A stretch of DNA of 64,000 nt from a virus: IMG/VR virus record IMGVR_UViG_3300009034_000007, positions 1 to 64,000 of that record; one strand, 5' to 3'. The notes beneath the pieces were generated by a model. It was not told the origin of the DNA and ran no database searches. It saw only the letters and a list, made by a program, of their open reading frames with translations. Each line of letters starts with the position of its first letter. Positions within the stretch are counted from its first letter, which is position 1. A program made the position numbers and the translations under genes. Shown here in pieces: positions 57,956 through 64,000 of this stretch.

Positions 57956-59278
57956 ATGGGCAGATCACAAGCAAAAAGGCGTAAGACTGTGGAAGACATA
58001 GAAGACGTGGAAAATAAAGAGCAACCCAAACCAACAATTTTAATTATTGGAGATGGTGTTGCAACAACTGGTTTTGCTAGGGTTTTACATAGTGTATTTC
58101 AACATCTTACTGACCAGTACCACATTCATCACCTTGCCATAAATTACCGAGGCGATCCCCACGGATATGATTGGAAAATCTATCCCGCAATGTTAGGAGG
58201 GGATATCTACGGATTAGGCAGACTTCCAGAGATGATGAACGTTCTAAAACCTGATCTTGTATTTATCTTGAACGATTTATGGGTGCATCCAATGTACCTA
58301 GATAAATTACAAGAATATAAAGATGTAACGAAAGTTATTCTTTATATGCCTATTGATGGTGGACCAGTTGATCCTATATGGGTGAAACAAATCCGTGGGG
58401 CTGATAGATTAATTTTCTATACAAGATTTGGAAAAGGTGTTGTTGAGGATGCTATTGCCAAGCTTCAAGCCGATGAGTGGGAAGAAATAACTGATACTAC
58501 GGCTACAAAAGTTTTACGCAAAAGAAAAGTTCCTTTGCGATTTCCTAAAATCCATATTGTCCCACATGGGATTGATACACGGTTATTTCATCCCGTAGAT
58601 AAAGAAAAAGCAAAAGCAGAAATTTATCCTGAGAATCCAGATTTCAAGGGTGATGCTTTCATTGTATTAAATTCTAATCGAAATCAACCCCGAAAACGAA
58701 TCGATATTACAATGAAAGGGTTTGCTCAATTTGCGGAAGATAAACCATCAAATGTAAAATTATATCTTCACATGGGCGTTGAGGATATGGGTTGGAACGT
58801 TATCAATTTAGCGAAACTCATTGGTATTGAAAATCGATTGGTTTTGTCAAGTACACAAAATACGATTCCAGGTATTCCTGACGATAGACTAAATCTTATT
58901 TACAATGCATGTAATGTCGGTATAAATACATCGGTAGGCGAAGGATGGGGTCTATGTAACTTTGAACATGCCGCGACTTTTGCGGCTCAAATTGTACCCG
59001 ATCATTCGGCATGTAGCGAAGTCTGGAGAATAGATGGGAAAGAAATGGCAGAATTTCTACCCGTTGAGTACTGGCTTACAAATGAACGAGTCTTGACTGA
59101 GGGAGGGATTGTTACGCCTCAAGGGGTTGCAGAGGCTTTAGAACATCTGTACTCAGATCGGGAGTACTTAGATGAAATGGCTCAACGAGCTTTTGATCTG
59201 ACACGATCACCCGAATATCAATGGCAAAGTGTGGCTAAACAATTTAATGACATTTTTATGGATGTATTAGCAGAATGA
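57956..59278 (+). CDS. GT4 family glycosyltransferase
   Basis: TGFARV, VPHGID...F.P, NRNQPRKRID, YNA..V....S.GEGWGL..FE. Confidence 0.9.
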   Translation: MGRSQAKRRKTVEDIEDVENKEQPKPTILIIGDGVATTGFARVLHSVFQHLTDQYHIHHLAINYRGDPHGYDWKIYPAMLGGDIYGLGRLPEMMNVLKPDLVFILNDLWVHPMYLDKLQEYKDVTKVILYMPIDGGPVDPIWVKQIRGADRLIFYTRFGKGVVEDAIAKLQADEWEEITDTTATKVLRKRKVPLRFPKIHIVPHGIDTRLFHPVDKEKAKAEIYPENPDFKGDAFIVLNSNRNQPRKRIDITMKGFAQFAEDKPSNVKLYLHMGVEDMGWNVINLAKLIGIENRLVLSSTQNTIPGIPDDRLNLIYNACNVGINTSVGEGWGLCNFEHAATFAAQIVPDHSACSEVWRIDGKEMAEFLPVEYWLTNERVLTEGGIVTPQGVAEALEHLYSDREYLDEMAQRAFDLTRSPEYQWQSVAKQFNDIFMDVLAE

Positions 59279-59721
59279 CTACTATAACTTGGCCAACTAA
59301 CACCGCTGATATAATTGATGATATACGCGGAGCTATTGGTAGAAATATTGCAATTTATATAAATGTATCTGGAATTCCATGTACAGCATCAGGTTGTCTT
59401 TTAGACCCTGTTACTAATTTATCTGTGAATCAGTTTTGTCAAGTTTGTCATGGAGAATATTGGCTTTCAGCAGTTTCAGGAGTGCTGGTCGAAGCCCATG
59501 TAACATGGAAAGGTGCAGATATACCTGTATGGATGCCTGGAGGTCAAGTTCCTGAAGGCGATTGTAGAATACAGATCAAATATACAGTAGCAAATGTTGG
59601 CTATGTAGAAGCCGCTGAATATTATATTGTAGATGGAAAAACGCTTATTCAGGATGATGTAACTTTAAGAGGAGTACCAGAAATTAATAGAATTATTATT
59701 AGTCTGGTTCAAAAGGAGTAG
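59275..59721 (+). CDS. head closure protein
   Basis: C...C..DP......FCQVC.G pattern; position. Confidence 0.5.
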   Translation: MTTITWPTNTADIIDDIRGAIGRNIAIYINVSGIPCTASGCLLDPVTNLSVNQFCQVCHGEYWLSAVSGVLVEAHVTWKGADIPVWMPGGQVPEGDCRIQIKYTVANVGYVEAAEYYIVDGKTLIQDDVTLRGVPEINRIIISLVQKE

Positions 59722-59725
59722 GGAT

Positions 59726-59968
59726 ATGAATGGTGAAAATAGGATGGGGCAGGTAGTAATTGATGGTCTGAATATGTTTGACATCATTACTATCTTAGAT
59801 AAAAAGAAAAGACGCTATATTAAGATAGCATTAGATGATTTGGAACGAATTGTTCCGAATGATTCTGAACAATTTATTCGGGCTAGGAAATTGTTTTTAG
59901 ATACATTTAATGACTATCACCGATCAATTTTGATTACTTTGTTTGGAAATATTGAAGGCTTGTTTTAA
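59726..59968 (+). CDS. hypothetical protein
   Basis: 80-aa coupled ORF. Confidence 0.6.
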   Translation: MNGENRMGQVVIDGLNMFDIITILDKKKRRYIKIALDDLERIVPNDSEQFIRARKLFLDTFNDYHRSILITLFGNIEGLF

Positions 59969-60849
59969 TGGCCGATGATTTCATAACAGATTTAATGTTG
60001 CTAAGTAAAAACGCAACCAAATTAGCACGAAAATTGGGGGAGTTTGAAGGAACACCAGATGCATTTGCCGCTAAAGTTTTAAAAGGCATAGAAGTTGAGG
60101 GGCAAGCGATAATCCAAGGTCATATTACCGAAGCATTATTGTTAGCTAAGGAATATGCTATACCCGAATTTGAAGAACCTTTACGTATGGCTTTCGCTAA
60201 ACCAGACATACTTATAACCAAGCGTGCGGGTATTAAGATTGACGCTGTGAAGAAGGTGGGAAGTTGGGCTGAGTTAGGAGCTGGCATTAAAGCGGCCAGA
60301 TTAGCTCTTGGAATTACAGGTAGGCTTAGTGCAAAAAAGGCATCTGATTTTTGGCGGGAACGTATTTATCGTCCTGCAAGAGAGGGTTTACAACGCCCTA
60401 GAGTATTCAAAAAGCTTTCCAAATGGAGTTATTATAAAGGATATAAAGGTAGGAGAACTCAATCAACATTTGATTATCGAACATACGGTATCAAAAAATA
60501 TTATGAAACTATTCGTACTCGATTGAGAATGTGGCATGGAAAAGCTCCTTATTGGCTTTGGATAGAACATGGAAACCATAGTGGGGAAGGAGGTACATCA
60601 TACCCTGCTTGTGGTCCTACAAATTTTGTGGCACGTGCTGAGGTAAGCTTAAATAGACTTTATGAGCAGAAAATGTTTGCTCTAATAGAACAATTTACAG
60701 AAGCGGTAGGCGAAGAAATAAAAGCATTTTTACAGAATCCACAAGGTTATGAACCAGGAACATACCTTGCTGACTTCGAGTACTTAGGTACTCGCTTCCA
60801 GATATCAGCAGGTAAACAAGGAGAAATAAGCGTAACGAAAGTATCCTAA
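59968..60849 (+). CDS. neck/tail-completion protein
   Basis: APYW.WIEHG motif; position. Confidence 0.5.
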   Translation: MADDFITDLMLLSKNATKLARKLGEFEGTPDAFAAKVLKGIEVEGQAIIQGHITEALLLAKEYAIPEFEEPLRMAFAKPDILITKRAGIKIDAVKKVGSWAELGAGIKAARLALGITGRLSAKKASDFWRERIYRPAREGLQRPRVFKKLSKWSYYKGYKGRRTQSTFDYRTYGIKKYYETIRTRLRMWHGKAPYWLWIEHGNHSGEGGTSYPACGPTNFVARAEVSLNRLYEQKMFALIEQFTEAVGEEIKAFLQNPQGYEPGTYLADFEYLGTRFQISAGKQGEISVTKVS

Positions 60850-60859
60850 AGGGGATAAT

Positions 60860-61309
60860 ATGCATTTACTAAGAAAACAAGATCGAAGTATATTTTACTG
60901 GTTATTGGATTTGTTTAGTGCATATCCCTCAGTTAATGTAGTAGATGGGTTTCCCGACGAAGATATGACACTTCCTACTCTTTCCGTAGAAACTCAAGAC
61001 ATATATCCTTATCCTCTTGAGTTAGGAAATAGATTAGGGGTAAATGATCGTTACTGGACTATTGATATTTTTGCTCTGAATAAAGACATGCGAGATGAAT
61101 TTGCATATCTAATTATGACTCAAATGCAATATACTATTCCAGTGTATGATTATGATGAGGGTTTTCCACCTCATGTGTCTCCGACACATATAGGGACACT
61201 TCATTGTGAAAACATTAATATGTCTCCGATTAGAGTCTTTGGATCAATGCAAGAAAAGCTCTATTGGAGAGCAACAATCTTTTTTAGAACTGACTATCAC
61301 AGTCATTAA
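60860..61309 (+). CDS. tail terminator protein
   Basis: GFP......P.LSV, ELG, IDIFA....RD; directly before major tail protein. Confidence 0.6.
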   Translation: MHLLRKQDRSIFYWLLDLFSAYPSVNVVDGFPDEDMTLPTLSVETQDIYPYPLELGNRLGVNDRYWTIDIFALNKDMRDEFAYLIMTQMQYTIPVYDYDEGFPPHVSPTHIGTLHCENINMSPIRVFGSMQEKLYWRATIFFRTDYHSH

Positions 61310-61329
61310 GCTAGGAGGAAAAAGAAATC

Positions 61330-62526
61330 ATGGCGAAGCGATTAGCAATTCCTTCTAAATATGTAGAGCTAGAGATTGTTGGGCCTCTTGGTAGCTATTT
61401 TGCTTCCAGAGTCCAGCGTGTAACAGCTAATGCTGATATGCCAACCAATACGGTTGACGAGTTAGGTAACTCAGATCATGCTGGTACGTCTAAAGATATC
61501 CCGACTGTAACGGTAACGTTTCAGGCAATGGATGTCGGTATTAACCTTATAGCATCCTTAACGGGTGTTAGTCAGGACGCATTTCCAGCCGCAGGGGTGG
61601 AACTGAATACTGAATTAGATAGGGCTATTGATGCCGTCCTCCGAGTTCGGGATGATCAAGTTGCTCAATACGTAAAAGCGTGTCACCTTCGTAGATGCCA
61701 AATTCAGAACTTTACGTTTAACTATTCTGTTGATGGCGATTCTACCGAGGAGTTTACTATCATTGGTTCCGACAAACGTTGGTTTACTAATGACGTAATG
61801 GTTGAGACATTCACTACGGGAACAACTACCTTTGTGATAAGTGAATCCGCTACACAACTTAAGAATGGTGAATGGATTCTGACAGTTGTTTTGGATGAGG
61901 AATACTTGGAAGAAGTAAGTGGTGCTCCTGCTTCTGGTGAATATAGTTTCAACGATGGCACAGACACTATTACAACGAGCGATAGCCGTACAGCTCAACT
62001 TGTAGTCGTTTATCAATCAACGGCTTCGGGTGATGCTTGGTCTGATATTGCCGAATCTGAACAGCCAGCCGCTATTCGCGGTAAAGATGTAGATGTTGAG
62101 ATCGGAGCTAACGATATCCGTCGTGTTCAGTCGATTACCGTCAATGGTACATTCAATCCACAACCCGTTAGGGAAATGGGTACTCGAAAGATCGTTGGTT
62201 ATCAGGGTCAAGTTCTTGAAGTTACTGGTACTGTTACTGTGCTGGATACAGATACCGAGTTAGTAAGATTGTTCACTGGTGCAGAAGTAGGCGACACTGA
62301 GTTTGAGATTGGTGCATGTGCGGCTTCAGGTGTTTCACTTGAAATCACGCTGTTCGATCCTTACGATTGTGCGGCTCCTCTCAATGTGTTGAAGACTGTC
62401 TATCTAGATGAAATCTCAATTACGAGCGAGGGGTATACTTCTAACGTGAACGATAATGCCACACAAACATTTGATTGGAGATCAGATACAGGCTCCATTA
62501 TCATTTATAGTGGTGCAAAGCCCTAA
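61330..62526 (+). CDS. major tail (tube) protein
   Basis: 398 aa, beta-rich with an internally repeated RVQ...ELG/EMG motif; strong RBS; downstream terminator. Confidence 0.7.
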   Translation: MAKRLAIPSKYVELEIVGPLGSYFASRVQRVTANADMPTNTVDELGNSDHAGTSKDIPTVTVTFQAMDVGINLIASLTGVSQDAFPAAGVELNTELDRAIDAVLRVRDDQVAQYVKACHLRRCQIQNFTFNYSVDGDSTEEFTIIGSDKRWFTNDVMVETFTTGTTTFVISESATQLKNGEWILTVVLDEEYLEEVSGAPASGEYSFNDGTDTITTSDSRTAQLVVVYQSTASGDAWSDIAESEQPAAIRGKDVDVEIGANDIRRVQSITVNGTFNPQPVREMGTRKIVGYQGQVLEVTGTVTVLDTDTELVRLFTGAEVGDTEFEIGACAASGVSLEITLFDPYDCAAPLNVLKTVYLDEISITSEGYTSNVNDNATQTFDWRSDTGSIIIYSGAKP

Positions 62527-62574
62527 TAATAACTAAACAAACTAGCTAGTTTTTGACGAGAAGGATGTAAATAA

Positions 62575-62612
62575 AGGGGTCATACCATGAAATGTGGTGT
62601 GGCCCCTATTTA
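62575..62612 (+). terminator. hairpin terminator after major tail gene
   Basis: AGGGGTCATACCAT-GAAAT-GTGGTGTGGCCCCT then ATTT. Confidence 0.55.
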
Positions 62613-62629
62613 ATTATGGAGGGATTACG

Positions 62630-63343
62630 ATGGAAATAGAAAGGAATGATGTTGACCTAAGTTCGTTATTCAAATGGAAAGCTGATGTAAACATCAAAGA
62701 TGACACGGGTGAATCTGTCGCCACTGTGTACATGAGGTTGGTTGGAGATGCTGATATCAACAAAGCCAGAGTTTTTGCCTTGCGGCGAAGCGGGGCTTTA
62801 CGACATCAATTAAGAACGCCTGGAACAAATGAATATGAGGCTTTTGTAGCTCCAATTGATACTATAGAAGACATTCAGAGATTAATAATTGGTATCAAGA
62901 TGTTATTGCTTCCTGAATTGGCAAATAAAGCAAGACAGGACATAGATTTACCGTTGCCAACACCACCAAAATCTGATGCTTCGTTGGAAGAACAGGAAAA
63001 ATACCAAGATGAAATTGATAACTATCCTACAGTTTTCAACGGAATGGTACAGGAAAAAATAACTGATTATTTAGATGCTGAACAACTACGACTGGAAAAA
63101 CTTTCGTTTGAGAAGTTACAAAAGGAATATGTAGAAGCATTGATTGGAAGTACGTGTAATCGAGAAATGCTTCAGGCTTTTCAAGATATGTGTATTTATC
63201 ATGCTACTTTCCAAGATGCAGATTTCACTCAACCAGCATTTAAATCCTTTGAAGACTTTGAAAATGCCTCATTAACTGTGAAGCGACAATTACGTGATGC
63301 TTATTCAGATTTTGAGATTAGTATGGATTCACTAAAAAAATAG
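62630..63343 (+). CDS. tail assembly chaperone (G)
   Basis: GGAGG RBS, acidic helical protein ending at slippery A7 followed by TAG. Confidence 0.7.
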   Translation: MEIERNDVDLSSLFKWKADVNIKDDTGESVATVYMRLVGDADINKARVFALRRSGALRHQLRTPGTNEYEAFVAPIDTIEDIQRLIIGIKMLLLPELANKARQDIDLPLPTPPKSDASLEEQEKYQDEIDNYPTVFNGMVQEKITDYLDAEQLRLEKLSFEKLQKEYVEALIGSTCNREMLQAFQDMCIYHATFQDADFTQPAFKSFEDFENASLTVKRQLRDAYSDFEISMDSLKK

Positions 63344-63633
63344 TCCGTAGCAACGCCGTAGCAAGTGCCTGGGCTGTTGCTGGAGGAGATTGGCACAAGT
63401 TATTTCTTGAGTTTAAAAACTCTTTTGAGCTTCCTTGGCCAATGACTTATTTGGTGAAGAAGCGTCAACAGCTCGATAATCTATTAGAACTACCTAAAGA
63501 AAAGCGACCACCTGATCTAATGATTTGGTGGGGGACACCTGAAGATATAGAAGACTGGTTAGATAAAGTCTACAGTCGCAAACCAAAAGATGATAAAATT
63601 GAATTTATCATTAGAGAAGAGGAAATTGGATAA
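63334..63633 (+). CDS. tail assembly chaperone -1 frameshift extension (GT)
   Basis: A AAA AAA at 63334-63340; the -1 frame is open (IVRSNAVASAW...) into the 63442..63633 ORF. Confidence 0.75.
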   Translation, partial: KKIVRSNAVASAWAVAGGDWHKLFLEFKNSFELPWPMTYLVKKRQQLDNLLELPKEKRPPDLMIWWGTPEDIEDWLDKVYSRKPKDDKIEFIIREEEIG

Positions 63634-64000
63634 TGGCAGAATTCAGTAAAGGAATTGTAACTACACTTAAAAAAATAAGAGATTTGCTTGAGGATGTTGG
63701 AAGAACATCTAAAACCACAACTGGTGATATGAAAATATTGGCTGAGGCGGCTAATGCGTTATCAAAACACATTGCTATGCAGAGGCCATTAGGACAATAT
63801 TTACGCGCTCTTGCTGAGGTAGGTAAACAATCTACATGGACCTCTCAAGAGCTTGTTAAATTAGCTAAATCTTTGGAGTATTTATATCCACGAGGCGATC
63901 AAGAACGTGGATTACTTATGCTTCGGAAGTATTTTCAAGATATTGGTGGACAAGCTATTTTTACTAGTGATGATATTAATTATCTAAGAACGGCATTTAT
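63633..64000 (+). CDS. tape measure protein, N-terminal part (runs off window)
   Basis: TAATG-coupled ATG, open helical frame MAEFSKGIV... to window end, directly after the chaperones. Confidence 0.65.
   Translation, partial: MAEFSKGIVTTLKKIRDLLEDVGRTSKTTTGDMKILAEAANALSKHIAMQRPLGQYLRALAEVGKQSTWTSQELVKLAKSLEYLYPRGDQERGLLMLRKYFQDIGGQAIFTSDDINYLRTAF

Noticed and set aside
32617-62211. Short minus-strand and nested alternative-frame ORFs in the right arm
   Set aside because: Shadows of tightly packed plus-strand genes
1-64000. Integrase, introns/inteins, stop-codon recoding, PurZ-type base substitution
   Set aside because: No such motifs seen; PolA, DnaB, RecA and TerL are uninterrupted and of normal length; all three stop codons end genes

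Overview
The window is a segment of a tailed dsDNA bacteriophage genome. It looks siphovirus-like (major tail protein, frameshifted tail chaperone, start of tape measure, no recognisable sheath), uses the standard genetic code and shows no integrase. There are three blocks. (1) 1-9469, minus strand, visibly more AT-rich: a phiEco32-type peptide/amide-ligation operon (amidoligase, class II glutamine amidotransferase, ATP-grasp, COOH-NH2 ligase) with a RuvB-like ATPase inserted, plus orphan ORFs. A 610-bp repeat-rich non-coding region lies upstream. (2) 10080-30882, minus strand: replication and nucleotide genes (PolA, RecA, SSB, tRNA-Trp, DnaB, resolvase, nucleases, primase, four DNA methyltransferases, RNase H, nucleotidases, cytidine deaminase), plus an apparently catalytically dead dUTPase-like and mini-ribonucleotide-reductase-like pair. 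(3) 31161-64000, plus strand, starting from back-to-back sigma70 promoters: the late region. About 18 kb of accessory genes precede TerL (fibre-like proteins, an FtsH/thioredoxin cassette, and a Gmd/aminotransferase/methyltransferase/LicD/glycosyltransferase glycan cluster), followed by portal, capsid, neck and tail genes. The best candidates for new biology are the late-region glycan pathway, the pseudo-enzyme pair, the RuvB-containing amidoligase operon and the Zn-ribbon FtsH cassette. GCWGC also appears to be avoided throughout. All calls come from motif recognition by eye; no searches were run.
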